DNA of 63,302 bases, the filler included, from Licmophora abbreviata (lineage: Eukaryota), in NCBI GenBank assembly GCA_900291995.1. It is 10 parts of 10 records of this genome, joined end to end, with 100 filler letters (N's around TTAATTAATTAA, not from the genome) between each part and the next. Parts side by side here need not be neighbours in the genome. Positions count along the whole stretch, not along the records: positions 1 to 14,748 come from OLMU01003327.1; positions 14,849 to 19,171 come from OLMU01003330.1; positions 19,272 to 24,277 come from OLMU01003331.1; 7 more parts are not named here. One strand, written 5' to 3'. Position 1 is the stretch's first letter, and each line of letters begins with the position of its first letter. This document shows, one piece after another, positions 11,178 through 24,377 of the stretch. A program made the position numbers and the translations under genes. Below the pieces are notes generated by a model. The model saw only the letters and a program-made list of their open reading frames with translations, searched no databases and was not told the DNA's origin.

Positions 11178-14100
11178 ATGAAAAAAAGAAGGAACTGGCG
11201 CTCCTGGTCGGCATCCAGGGTACCATACCGACATGCACGACTACTACCTCGTCTGATTATCTCCCTGTTGGCACTGCACACTTCGTCGGTGACTGGAATA
11301 AGAAGCAGACAGCACAATCAGCGAATCCTGGATCAGATACCTCCGCCAGAGACCATTCCTGGAACCACTCCGGAGGCCTCGTTTGCTCCGACGACATCGA
11401 ATTCCCCGACCGTGTCAAGCCTAGCTCCTTCGTCTTCTGATAGTGGTGCATCCCTGCCAACGACGTCCAATATTCCCACAAAGCAGGCTGGCATTGACTT
11501 TGTGGATGGCGTGGACTCGCATGAACCGAGCATGGCTCCCACCTTGACACCTAAGCCGAGTCAGTCGTTCCCTCCATCGACTGTCCCGACCTATTCGTCA
11601 GTGCCCACTACGACGGCCAGGCCGACCGTGACAAAAGTAGTGACAAACAGCATTCCCGTAGACTTGGACGAAACATGTTACACGACCTGGGCAGATCTTA
11701 GTGACGCTGTTGAGAATGCCACAGGTGCAACAGTGCTAGAGGTCTGTGCCAATAGTACCTTGGTGCTATCACCACAGGATGCTCCCATTGAGTTTGGGAG
11801 TGGCATCAACGCCACCATTCTATGCGGACCAGAGGGAGGAAGACTGGAGCATCAATGCGCAATCTTTGGTGGCGTGGAGCACTTTCGAATTGTCGGGTCG
11901 AACGCAACGGTAGTCATGAAGGGATTGACCATGATTGCGTCGACATTCGCGGCTGTCCATGCCATGGGGGACGATACGTCTCAAATCAAATTTCAAGATT
12001 GTGAATTCTCGGTACGTGACATATGAGCCACTGTGCATGCTTGCTATGACTCTGGGGTGACTCTATCAACGCTCATGTGCCATTGTCGTTGTGTTGCTCT
12101 TTCTTTTCAAGGGCCATTTGGGCGTTGCGGCCGTACTAAATTATCAGGCGAACGTTACACGCATCAACGTCACGTCGTCCGCATCAGCCCGAGAAGGCAA
12201 TCGCAATCTGCAGGTAGCGCCACTTGCACCACCAGATGGAAAATCCATGAGGGTTGACTTCGAGTCTTGTGTGTTTACGGTAAGTCAAAGAGTGGAACTG
12301 TGGCTGGGCGCAGTGGACAGCAGAGTCTCATCCCTTCGCGATCGATTCACAACGACAGGACAACGTGGTTACCTATGCTCCGTTCGCGAACCTTGGTGGC
12401 GATACAAGCGTGACGAAGACTATCTTTTCGGGAAACCAAGGCGAGGTTGGAGCAGTCGGTACCTGGTTTGGGGGCTCCTTGGGTGTGTCCACGTCCTGTT
12501 TCCTTGGCAACAATGGAAACAAGACGGGCTCGATCTTTGTCGACGAGTCATCCGTGATAGTACAGCAGGTTGACAATTATGGGGATTCAGACAACGCTTT
12601 AATCTGCAATCATGTATCGGTGTCGGATGGCACAGGCAATGTCACATGTGACAGCTTTACTGCCAATACATGTCTTGCCCCGCGGATAAGCTCAAACGAG
12701 ACGACCGATAACCACACGGAGTGCATTTCGGAATGGGAGATAATCTACGCGCTTACCATTGAGGCGAATAATGAGGATGATCTTGTGCCTATTGACATTG
12801 AGGTATGCCCGGGAGTGACATTCAATATGAGCGAATACGAGGCGTCCGGACTTGCCCCGCTGGTCATCACGTCGAGCAACATATTGTTGCAATGTGGAAG
12901 TGGTGGGAAGAGTCAAAACGAATGTACTCTCTTTGGAGGAGCACGTCATATCGAGATATCTTCAAATGCTACCAATATAACGGTCCAAGGGTTCGCGATG
13001 GAGAACGCGACGGACGTTTCGGTAGTCATAACTACCTCGACTTCTTCCGACTCCGTGGTATTCGAGGACTGTTTATGGATGGTGAGTTAGATACATCTGT
13101 ATGTGAGCGAGGGTCAGGTCTGGTTTCGTTTCGTCGATACTCACAATATGTGACGTTCAACTTTACAGTACAATTCGGGGGAAGTCATAATGTCGATTGA
13201 GGAGATAGCCACGAATGCTCCGTCTTTGGCGCCTTCTGTGTCGAGCTCACCTTCGGCAGAGGATGTTGATCTTGGTGACGACGTCTTTATGGATGACTTC
13301 TTCAATCGAGATCTCGACGAAAGTTTGCCTTTGATGTCTTTGTCGGGCGTTCACATACTGAGGTCAACTTTTCGTTTCAACACGGCTGCGAAGTCAGTCG
13401 TGACCAATACTGCCGAGAATCTGATCATCGAGTCATGTGAATTCGACACGAATGTTGTTGGTGACAGCGTCGTAGCAACAACTGCGGGTGAGCTCAACAT
13501 GTCGTCGTGTTGTTTTCACGACAATGAGTACGACGCCACACAGGGAGTAGTGGTCAGTACCAGCAGCGATGGGTTCACTGTGACAGACACATTCGGGGAG
13601 AGGAACGTCGCTGTCAATGTTCTCCAGCCTCCGCGGTCTGGTTGTGAGGGCATTCAGTCAGAAGACGGTTCTTGCACCCCGTTCGATGCCTTGAGTTGTC
13701 CGCTTCTGCCTGACGAGAGCTGCTATGCGTCCTGGGATGCTCTGACGAGCTCAATAGCGAATGCTACCTTGAAGCAGGAGGGAGGAGTCTTCACAGTATG
13801 CGAGGATTCAAACTTGACCGTCAATACCAACTCAGCTCCAATTTTCATTGAAGTTAGTGATACTGTTGTTCAGTGTGGTCAATTCGGGGTGGGCAGTGGG
13901 CTATGTACGATTTCGGGTGGCGAAGTGCAATTCCAGATCATCGGCGCTCCTACAGGGGTTGAATTTCGAGGCCTCACCTTCTCGAATTCGTCTGGAGCTG
14001 CCGTTTTTGCTGCCGGGGAGAGAAGCGCTCGAGCTGCATTATATGATTGCCACTTCAATGTACGTCGAATGAATCCCCGCCTTTTTGCAATTTAAGACGT

Positions 14101-15667
14101 GTGCGAAATTTAACCAGCGCTTTTTCTCTCTCACCATGCAAAGAGTCATCAAGGCTTCGCTGCGATTCTGAACTATCATGGCTCTTTTCCGAATCCAGGA
14201 ACACGGGTGGAGGATGTCGAACCTCCAGTCGATCGATCAATGCAGCTCGAGATTGACTACTGTAGCTTTACAGAAAGTTCCGTATCATTCGCTCCAGTAA
14301 CTAACCTCAGGGGAAGTGTGTCAGTTCGAAACTCAGTTTTTAATAGCAATGTAGGAGAGGTAAGAATCCCGCAACATGCCTTAGTCAGCGTCGCTGTCAT
14401 CTACCAGGAATGGCCCCTCACACACTAAATTGATTTTAACAGAGCGGAGGCATTGGCGTATGGCAAGGAGGGGGGATGACGCTGGTCCAGTCGTGCTTTC
14501 AAGGCAACCAGGGGAACTTGTCGGGGTCAGCGTACGTAGATGTCAATTCGACTCTCACGTCAGAAGAAGATAATTACAGTGACAACAGCACCGTCTCGTC
14601 GGGTAGCTGCTCAGATCTTGTTATTGCCGGGGGCTGCGAATCAGAAGGCGTCTGCGATGGACTGTGTGTCGATTTCAACCAGAATACGTGTGCTGCCGAA
14701 GAGCCGCCGACGCAGGCCCCGTCAGTGGCGCCAAGCTTCCAGCCGACCNNNNNNNNNNNNNNNNNNNNNNNNNNNNNNNNNNNNNNNNNNNNTTAATTAA
14801 TTAANNNNNNNNNNNNNNNNNNNNNNNNNNNNNNNNNNNNNNNNNNNNACTCCGAGTGTACACCCGACGGCCTTGCCTTTCACATCAACCTCAACAACAG
14901 GTCCGTCGAACAAAATATCCTCAATGCCGTCCAATACTCCATCGCCCCCCATATCTGCTCCACCGACCCAACCCTTTCTCCTTCTACCCACCAACCAGCC
15001 CGTTGGCGATCCTCCCGTGTCAAACACTCCATCAGGACCCACAAGAGCGCCCACGCAAGCTACTCCTATAACCCCATCTCCCTCTCATCACTCCGTCGCA
15101 CCTACGTCAATGTCATCAATGAGTAAACAATCCAGTGCACCGTCCTCACCACCGCAGGTCATTTCAATCGGAGACTTGCCCATACCGCCTTCGCCCCCGG
15201 CGGCGCCGCATCCAGTCCCACCCGTGGCACCGCCTCCAGAGTCGGCCAACGATACGGCAATTCTCAACATTTCGACCTATCAACAAGCTTCGTTTGGGCT
15301 ATCCAGAGTGTTTGTCAGGACAATCGTGATAGTTCTGGTGCTCGTTATCGGAGCGGGAGTAGCCTTCTACTATTTGGCCCGGTATCACAATAGTGAAAGC
15401 CAGGTGATGCCGGTAGAAACGGCAGACGAGGACTCGCCAGAGCAGGCCAACGACGACAGTGATGATTTTTTGCAGGAGACCGACGAACGTGGGCATAATA
15501 GCACAGGTTGGATCACGTCCATGTCCAGCTTGATTCCACGTCTCGGTCGAGTCAGACGACGTGGGTCTTTTGAAAGCAAATCCATCATTTATATTGATGT
15601 GGGTGTCGGCAGTGATGATGGTTGCAATGATGACTTGTCATGCAAACGAGCTGCCCCTCTTTTCTAA
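11178..15667 (+). CDS. Giant type I membrane cell-surface protein A (3 Cys-rich/beta-helix-like repeat modules, PS/T-rich stalks, C-terminal TM), 6 exons, spans a gap
   Basis: Hydrophobic signal, RIL/RNL/RDL motifs, module CxxxWxxL...VC...QCGxxG...C.I.GG...GLT three times, TM TIVIVLVLVIGAGVAFYYL. Phase-0 introns at 12012-12111, 12280-12358, 13082-13168, 14060-14143 and 14360-14442. Start codon uncertain. Confidence 0.75.
14749..14848. other. Artificial scaffold spacer N44-TTAATTAATTAA-N44; also at 19172, 24278, 27142, 29577, 48654, 54920, 58616 and 60402
   Basis: Identical 100-nt spacer with six-frame stops occurs nine times. Several flanks are duplicated overlaps. Confidence 0.98.
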
Positions 15668-15672
15668 CAACA

Positions 15673-17340
15673 TCACGTCCAGTCCCACGGAATTACTACG
15701 GACCCATCATCTGCCAAGTGACAAAACTGTCCACTGCCGGCAATCCCCAAGGACTGCCCCGCCAATCGCGTTCTGATGAGAGATCCATCCGCGTGCTCTT
15801 GCAACTTTAGCAATCGTACCAAACAATCCAGAACTTGCGACGCTTGGACAACACGTCTGGCCTTGATCGACAGCACTCCCAATTCTCTATGTGCGCGAGT
15901 TATGTAGGCTTGACACTGCTGGGATGTGGCCTGATGCTGCTGCGCGAGTGTACTTGCATCCTTTGCATTCTTGTCCACGGCTCTCTGGACCGTCTGCCAA
16001 CCCATTCCAGATCCCACACGAAGGTGTCCTTCTCTAGTTATTTTCGGCCGACGACATATGTGCGAGGACTCTACCGTCACAACGATTCGTCGCCGTTCCA
16101 ACATGAGACCGGACGATGACTCCTCTTCGAACTGCTCCTGCTGCGGATCATTCTTGCCATCGTTCATCCCTACTGATGCGTGACGATTTGCCATGCGCTT
16201 GACACATTCAAAATACTCGGTGTGCGTACACGAGTGACCCTTTTGTAAATGAATGCTATCGCGTATACTTGAGCCTTGTTGTTGAATCTGCGACGTGTAC
16301 TGTTGAAGTAACTGTTGATGGTGTCGAACTTGTTGGAGTGTCGATGGAGTTACCAGCAGCAAATCGTCCAGCCACTGAATGGGAGTGCGACCGGGATTCA
16401 AATACAAAACACTCCCATAAACATCCAAGGGTGATGAAATAGTACTTTCATGTTCTTGTGTTTGTTGATCAAACTCTTCGTAACTCCAGTGCAGTCGGAG
16501 TGGATAAAAGGAGCCGACATGAAACTTGCCTTGGTGCTCTTCATGCAGTGACGCAAGGGAATGCAGCAGTTTGGTGAAACTTTCCGAGGACCATCCGATC
16601 TGTGTTCCGCCATCGATACTGGCAAAGCGGTAGAGTCTTCGACATGCCGAGGCGGCCGCAACGGCGTCCATGCGATGTGCTCGTCGTTGTTGAATACTGC
16701 TGTGAATACTATTTTCAGCAGAAGAATGGATGGATCGTAGAAAGAAGGACAAATCGCGACCTTGCAGCGTGTTGACATTGTACTGAGGATCGATTGTAGT
16801 ACTAGTAGTGTAGGGATCGGTCCAGTGAATGCCGGATGGTTGGGCAGTTGTGACTTGTTGTTGTTTGGTTGGTGCTGGCGGTGCTGGCGGCAGTGACATT
16901 GCATGTCCGGTCGATTGGAGGGCAGTCTTCATTTGATGCAACAAGGAAGGGAGGTTATCGAGGAGTGAGAGTGAGTGCTGCCGCAGTGTGCCATCCTTGT
17001 GTTCCAGTACATAGGAGTAGGGTGTCGTTTGGACGGACGACGAGGAAGGGGAAGTCTCGTGTTCTTGACGTTTTCCAACACTGTACAGTCCGACATCTGG
17101 AAAAGACAGACGCTCTTGCAGTGCTTGTACGAGTGCGTGTTGTTGTTGTCTTTGTGTAATACTACCTTTGATCGCTCGAAACCGATCTGGATGAACTCGA
17201 AGTAAAAAGGCGCGTCGAATTTTGGCCAAGTAGACGGAGTGAGGAGGCGGAGGTGAAGAGGAGAAATAAAAAGAGTGAGAAGACGAAATTGCCGAACGTT
17301 GAGGCCTCCGCAATGTGTTCGTCCCGAGTATCCTCCTCAT
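15673..17340 (-). CDS. TCAIM: TCAIM-like mitochondrial protein (DUF4460 J-like + DUF4461)
   Basis: Arg/Ser-rich presequence, RRAFLLRVHPDRF J-like HPD motif and C-terminal DDGSVVIPWDW. Confidence 0.75.
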   Translation of the reverse strand: MRRILGTNTLRRPQRSAISSSHSFYFSSSPPPPHSVYLAKIRRAFLLRVHPDRFRAIKGSITQRQQQHALVQALQERLSFPDVGLYSVGKRQEHETSPSSSSVQTTPYSYVLEHKDGTLRQHSLSLLDNLPSLLHQMKTALQSTGHAMSLPPAPPAPTKQQQVTTAQPSGIHWTDPYTTSTTIDPQYNVNTLQGRDLSFFLRSIHSSAENSIHSSIQQRRAHRMDAVAAASACRRLYRFASIDGGTQIGWSSESFTKLLHSLASLHEEHQGKFHVGSFYPLRLHWSYEEFDQQTQEHESTISSPLDVYGSVLYLNPGRTPIQWLDDLLLVTPSTLQQVRHHQQLLQQYTSQIQQQGSSIRDSIHLQKGHSCTHTEYFECVKRMANRHASVGMNDGKNDPQQEQFEEESSSGLMLERRRIVVTVESSHICRRPKITREGHLRVGSGMGWQTVQRAVDKNAKDASTLAQQHQATSQQCQAYITRAHRELGVLSIKARRVVQASQVLDCLVRLLKLQEHADGSLIRTRLAGQSLGIAGSGQFCHLADDGSVVIPWDWT

Positions 17341-17645
17341 AATGGCAGCAGTTGTCGATTCATTGAGACTGACTCGATCCTCTCACAGTCTCGCGGTGTC
17401 AAAACAACACATCAAACATCACAATTCTACTGATTTCGAAAACATCCGGGTGACCTACCTAGTCTGAACGTCTTTCTTCCCAACGCACGCCGACTCGCCG
17501 CTCACATAAGTCGTGTGCGTTGAGCGTCTCACACAATGGCATTCATCATCCAAAACATTCGATGTGCCTTGCTCATCAACATCGAGCCAAAACTCTGTGA
17601 GCTGTCTCTTCCCTTAATACTGCTTTGTCTGATACTACTACCGCC

Positions 17646-20600
17646 ATGGTGAAACAAAGAACGCGTGAGGAGAAATTGAGCACTCGTGTAGATGTTGTGT
17701 CGAAGAGTGATGTTTCGAATTTGTCAATCAGACCCAAGACAACATCCCGACAGGCCCAACGGACTTGTATGTCAAAGACCTTGCGAAGACTACTCGTACG
17801 ACGACCAAGAAAAAGTACGAACTGTATGAATAGTATCGGCAGAATATCCTCATCCTCAGTGTCGCCGTTGTTGTCGTCCTTGTCGTCATCGGTACTTTTT
17901 TTGATACTGCTTGTCTTTGCCAGTGTAACGACGACAGATTCTGCTCAGTCATCCTCGTCTTGCTACTCGGATCTCGAAATTCTCAAACAAGACATTGTAG
18001 CAGTCGGTACAGCCTCGAACGGGACCGATGGAGGGACGTTTGTCGTGTGCCCCAGCACGTTTTTTAACTTTTCCGAAAGCGGCAGTGGACCCATCGCGGA
18101 TGACGACGATCTCCTGCCTTTTGACGACGATCTCCTGCCTTTTGACGACGATGCAGCTACACCACCGCCCGATGGTGATGTTGGTCCCATTGTGCTCTTT
18201 GCGGACAATACTACCCTGCAGTGTGGTACTACTGGAAGCAGTGCGAATGCTTGTATCTTTACGAGTGGGGCCTTTCATATAAGTATTCAAGAGTCGCCAA
18301 GCGACATATTGATACAAGGCATTACGTTTCGGGCGGCGGAAGACTCGTCCATTGTCACGAGTGGGCAAGGGGGGAGTGTGGTCTTTCGAGACTGTCTATG
18401 GGAGGCAAGTACGATGGACTGACGTTTTCAATGATGATTCATGTATCATACTGTTTTCCCTTGGAAGTAGATTTGTGGCGATCGTAATGTGAATGCTCAT
18501 TCTTTTTGTCCTGTATTTTCTACAAAACAGAACAATGCTGGAAGCGGGGCCATTCTGCAGGTTGCGAGGGCACCGGACAATACGACCATGGCTCCGTCGA
18601 CTGGGCTTCCATCCATGAGTCCATCTACGGACATGCTGCAGTCCCTAGCACCGAGCATTTCGAGCAGTCCATCGACATCGCATGTGCCCACCGCGTCACA
18701 AGCGCCTACTCTGTCGGCGTCACCATCGACGTCCCGATCGCCTTCGGCAGATCCCTCGCAGGCACCGAGCAACAGTGTCGTTCCCACGTCATCTGTGGCT
18801 CCATCGAGCCTTACCTCACAAACTCCATCGACAAGCGTCCCTCCCTCTTCCTCGGTCGCGCCATCATTGGGCCTTACTTCACAAGCTCCGTCGAACAGTG
18901 CCGCTCCGTCTACCTCTGCCGCACCTTCCATTTCGGCAGCTCCCTCGACGTCGACAGCTCCTTCCTCGTCTCCCAGTACCTCGCTGAAGCCCACGACCTC
19001 AACCATGCCATCGGCAAGTCCCCGTCCGACCGTGACGGTACGACCGTCGGTGTCAACGCAGCCATCCCTCATGCCGAGTGTATCCTCTGACCCCACCACT
19101 TTTGCGCAACCTACCGGTGACCAGAATCCATCTTCCGCAAGTCCATCGTCCATCTTGTCGTCCGGTGCACCNNNNNNNNNNNNNNNNNNNNNNNNNNNNN
19201 NNNNNNNNNNNNNNNTTAATTAATTAANNNNNNNNNNNNNNNNNNNNNNNNNNNNNNNNNNNNNNNNNNNNCGTCCATCTTGTCGTCCGGTGCACCAACT
19301 GCGATGGTGGGGTCGAGTGCAATGCCTTCAGGAGTATCATCATTGGCACCCACGCTGTCTTCACGACCATCTGTGAGTGCTGTGCCCTCCCTGACACCCT
19401 CGACGAGAAACGTTCCTTCGACATCACAAGCGCCCTCGGTTGTGCTGTCACCAACGATTGGACCAAGCGCTTCCTTGTCTCCGTCTCTGTCGCCTTCGTC
19501 CAGTTCGAGCCCGAGTGGGTCTGCGTCGCCATCTGCCTCACCGTCCGTCAGTGAAAGTCCCTCCACATCCAATGTGCCATCCGTCATTAGCAATATGCCG
19601 TTAAATCAACCAAGTGGGCAGGAGGGTGACGCTATGGAGAATACACCTCCAGTCCTTGAAAGTCCTTCTGCGTCACCCATAGAGAACAATATTGAGACAG
19701 AAAATCCTACGGCAGTGTTGACCTTCGAGCCAACAACGACAGATGATCTGCTGTCGCTGACAGCGAATGATGATTTTCCGTTTCCAGACGACCGCACTGT
19801 GGAGAAAATGTTTGAAAACTGGGGTCGAAGACGGTTGATGACTGGACTGGAGATCACAGTGGAAGATTGCGTCTTTTCGGGGAATGTGAATAGTGTTGCC
19901 ACGTTTGTCAATTTTCAAGGAGTTTTGCGTTTGATTCGAACACTGTTCATTGGCAACGAGGCGTTGAACTCTGTGGTGGCTGTCTATCAAGGCACTCTGG
20001 AGTTGACCAACTGCTCTTTTGTCGAAAATACATTTCAGCTGTCTCCTGGGCCTGTGTTCTTGGATAGCGAATCGACGATGACATCCAATGAGGGCAATTG
20101 TGAATTTGACAACATAGCCGGAGATGCGGGGGCCATGTGCGACGGAGTCTTCAAAAAGACAGATCCTGGACTCTGTACAGATCCTTCGAGCTGTCAAGGG
20201 GCATGCAGTAGCTTCACCTCCCTGGAATGTACTGTGATATCATGCATTGAGACCTGGAGTGAACTGTCGAATGCACTGTCTTCCCCAAGCTCAAGAGAAG
20301 TGTTTCAGCTATGTAATAGGACACTGTTTGATATCAGTGATCAATCTATCCCTCCGATTTCTATTCGGGGCGGTCGGACAATCATTCAATGCGGGCAAGA
20401 CGGGAAGAGAAGCAATGGCTGTCTCGTTCTTGGAGGGGAAACTCAGTTTCGGATTGGTAATGCGTCAAGCAATGTTGAGTTTCATGGGCTGACGCTTTTG
20501 TCATCTAGCCGCACCTCCGTTGAGGCTTCATCTGACGCGAGTTCGTCGGCTCTTTTCGTCGATTGCGAGTTTGCCGGTCATACAGGGCTTTCCGTAGTCC

Positions 20601-23497
20601 AGATGTATAGCGGTGATATCAATCGAACTGACGCTGGAGTCTTTCCGAGTCCTCTGGCCCGAGCGATGACTGCTACCTGGAAGAATTGCTCGTTCGCCGA
20701 CAATACTGTGTCGGATGCAGTGATTTCGAACTTCAACGGAGGTAGCAACGTCGAGGGATCTCTTTTTATTGGAAATACAGGGCTCGTTGGCACCGTTTTG
20801 GGTCTCTTCGGTGCGTATGTCAACATCACAAGCTCTTGCTTCGTGTCGAACAACTCGACGACTCTTCCAGGTACTGTTTTCATTCAAAAAGGCTCATCGA
20901 TTTACCAGGATCTTTTCAACTTTGGGACTGGGAATGCAGCTGGGGATTTCGAGTGTGTCGACATCTTCAGGGAGAACAGTGACTCCTGTTTGACGGGAGG
21001 ATTATGCAATGGGACGTGCTCGTCCTTCTACTCCAGCACCTGCGACGTAAAGGACATTTCGCCGGTGATGCCTCCTACAGTTGCTCCTTCACAGCAGCTG
21101 CCTTCCATGTCACCGAGCCAAAGGCCTTCGTCTAACGGCTGCTTTTCGGTCTGGCCTGAGCTCTCTCGCGCTGTTAGTGCTGCTTCAATGGCTGGACGAG
21201 GGGGAATATTCTCAATATGCCCTGGGGCTATGATGAATGTTGATTTGTTTCCGAGCACAGCGATATCGCCGATTGTCATTGGAGCAAGCGATATTGTCAT
21301 ACAATGTGGAGAAAGTGGAAGGAAAGAAGAGCAGTGTGTGGTGTTTGGAGGCTTGACACAATTTGAGCTCCGCGGTTCCGTTTCTGGTGTTCAGTTCCGT
21401 GGCCTGAGTCTTGTTGGTGCCCGTGCCTCGTCTGTGAACGCCTTCGGGAATTCTGAGGCATCTGCCTCATTCACTGATTGCACTCTGGCCGTGAGTGCAG
21501 TTGTTAATATTGCCCATACGCATCTTCTTTCAAGTCGCTCACTCTTTCTACTCTCGCACCTTTCCTAGGGAAATGTTGGCTCTTCAGCGGTAGTCCTATA
21601 TCGGGGAGATGGTCTCATACCCGTTGAAGCGACCACCGGAGTCGATCTCCCTCTGCTTCAAGATCCAGGGATGACTTTGACCTTCACTGATTGCTCTTTT
21701 GACGTAAGTTATTCTACAGTCAGGTTGAGGTTTGTGGACAGTTCTTCGTTGTGGAATCTGACGCTATTATTTTGAACCCGCAGGACAACATGGTTACCTA
21801 TGCTGTGCTGTTGAACATCGGAGGGCGGCTTGCATTGCACAGTTGCGTGTTTAGGGGTAACAACGCTATGGAAGGGGTGGTCTCTGTTCACCAGAATGGT
21901 ACCCTGTCATTGCTTTCTGGATCATGTTTCGTCGGCAATACGGCAACAGCATCGGGGGGAGTGCTGCTCGTGGGTGCAACATCTGAGCTTATTGAATTTG
22001 AAGATAATTTTGGACTCGAGAACAACGTCGTCGATTCAATCTGTCATGGCGCCCTCGTGAAGGGCAATGCAGCATCTTCGGATGTCTGCGTTGAGTTCGA
22101 CTCGGACAGTTGCGGCATTTTTGACAATACTCCACAGCCATCTCCAAGCCCATCAGGAATGTCCTCTACACCTTCCGAGCAGCCATCGACCGGTGCAGAA
22201 TGTTTTTCTGAATGGGATATGTTGTCCATTGCGATCCAGACAGCAGGAGACGCCGCTATTGGGGGTGTATTCTCAGTCTGTCCGAATACTACGCTTTCTG
22301 TCCGCGACTATCCTGATCCTCAAATCACTCCTATTCCGATCTATTCGAGCAACATAACTGTTCAGTGTGGACCAAGGGGGAGGCAAGAGGACGATTGCGT
22401 AGTCGACGGAGGCACACAACAGTTCATTGTTCGTGATTTCGTCACAGGGGTACGATTCTTGGGCTTGACGTTCACGGGCTCGTCTATTCTGTCAATTAAT
22501 GGGGGTGCGACGCCAGAGTCAGAAATGAACTTCGTCAATTGCCAATGGACGGTGAGCCATGATTTTGTGTCGGGTGGTTGGTTGTTGAACTTAGCACTGA
22601 CTTAGCCTCTTGTATATTTTTCACTGCATTAGGAGCACACCGGGAATTCTGCAGTCCAACTTCTTTACGTTTCTCCCGGTCGAAAGTCGATGTTCGCCCG
22701 CTTTCGCGATTGTATATGGGCGGTAAGTTGCCAACTCGTTCTCGGCTCTCTACTGATATGTTGGTGCTAACTAGTTTTGAAATCTCCTATTTTACCAGAA
22801 CAATAGCGTTGTGGACGCCGCTGTGCTGAACTACGGCGGGCAACTGGTCATTCGCAGAGGTCTTTTTGAGAAAAACGATGCTCAAGGTGGTGCCATTACT
22901 ATGGTTCAAGTGGGGAAAGCTGATATATCGGATTCATGTTTCGTAAACAACGTTGCGACATCGAAAAGGAACGGGGCCGTCAATCTCTTGGACGATGCCG
23001 TCCTTGAGACAAACATCAACAACTTTGCGGCAGGGAATTCTGGAGGATGCAATGGAGCTCTCACTCTAGGGAATCCTCCAGAGTCTCACTGCGACGACAT
23101 GTGCGAACCCTTTGAAGCTACGACGTGTGCTATCGCTGACTTTCCGCCCGCTCCAAGCTTTCCTTCAGTGGCGCCGGCTACTAGCCCACCTGCATGTGCT
23201 CTATCTGGCAGTCCGTCAGTTTCGGCAGTACCGACTGTCTCTCTTCAACCCTCGGGAACGGTTCCTACCGCTGGCCCCAGCATGTATTCTAGCGCTTCGC
23301 AGCATCCCTCAGAGCAGCCATCCGTGAGCCCTTCAATCTTTCCCACCATGATAGTCACACCCGACAGTTCATTCATGCCAAGTGCATTGCCTTCACCTGC
23401 GCCCTCCGATCTACTCTCATCAGAATCTCCTAGTGTCTCCGGGGGCAGCATGTCCATGTCTTACTCGTATGACTACTTCTTTACTTATAATAATTAG
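17646..23497 (+). CDS. Giant secreted cell-surface protein B, paralog of A (4 modules, long PSxxPS stalk, SMSMSYSY tail), 6 exons, spans a gap
   Basis: Same Cys-rich module four times and an RRRL motif. Introns at 18405-18530 (GC-AG), 21491-21568, 21704-21783, 22552-22632 and 22723-22798 are all phase 0 and in frame. Confidence 0.75.
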
Positions 23498-24377
23498 AAT
23501 TGCGATCTGTTCAAAAGGACTTGCAAAATGCTTGCTAGCAAGATTGGATAGGCACGTATTACTAGTTACGAGTAGTCGAATAGTCGTTTCCCAGACAATC
23601 GATCCTGTTCGTTGGCAGTGTTTGCGTCGTGATAATCTTTGGAAGATGTGGCGCAGTACACGAGGTGATAGGGGGTGCTACACTGGAAGGCTCTCAGGAG
23701 ACCCAGATCCATGGATTGAATACTTTCCAAATGACAAGGGCCAGTCGCCGCTATTATAACTGTCCCCACCATTGACGCCAATGAGAAGAATCTCGTGATT
23801 GTTCAGAGTCACAGCTGTACGCAAGCTCTGCCCGACTCTTTGTGCTTTCAATCGAGTCCGCACGCCGGAATCGACATTGTAGGCGTCCACACGACGAATA
23901 TCCCTTCCTCCGTATTGTCTTGTTCCACCGCTCATTTTTTGTTCTTTCCAAACCGTCTTGTACTTTAATTGACACCAATGTGTTGTTCGTCTTCCTCTGT
24001 CTGTTACTGTAGCCAGGGGCGATTCTTTCTCTTCAGAGAGGGTACAGTATTACACTTCCTATGTTGTCGTCTCGTTCATCGGTCCTGCAATTCCAAACTG
24101 ACTTTTTGTCTTTTTGGTTCCAAAACTTTTCGCGTCCGAGACGTCTGGCGTGCACCTCGTACCGGGTGGCATCCGAGTCAGCCACTACTCAAATTATTCA
24201 TGCAATTCAATATAAATCACTTTATACATTAATATGATCTTAAATTCATTCCTACTCGTATCATTTTTTGGCGAATTNNNNNNNNNNNNNNNNNNNNNNN
24301 NNNNNNNNNNNNNNNNNNNNNTTAATTAATTAANNNNNNNNNNNNNNNNNNNNNNNNNNNNNNNNNNNNNNNNNNNN

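Noticed and set aside
18560..19600. Repetitive region as satellite DNA or an array
   Set aside because: Explained by the PSxxPS low-complexity coding stalk of surface protein B.
23566..23978. Short minus-strand ORFs downstream of protein B
   Set aside because: No recognisable motifs or consistent splice model.
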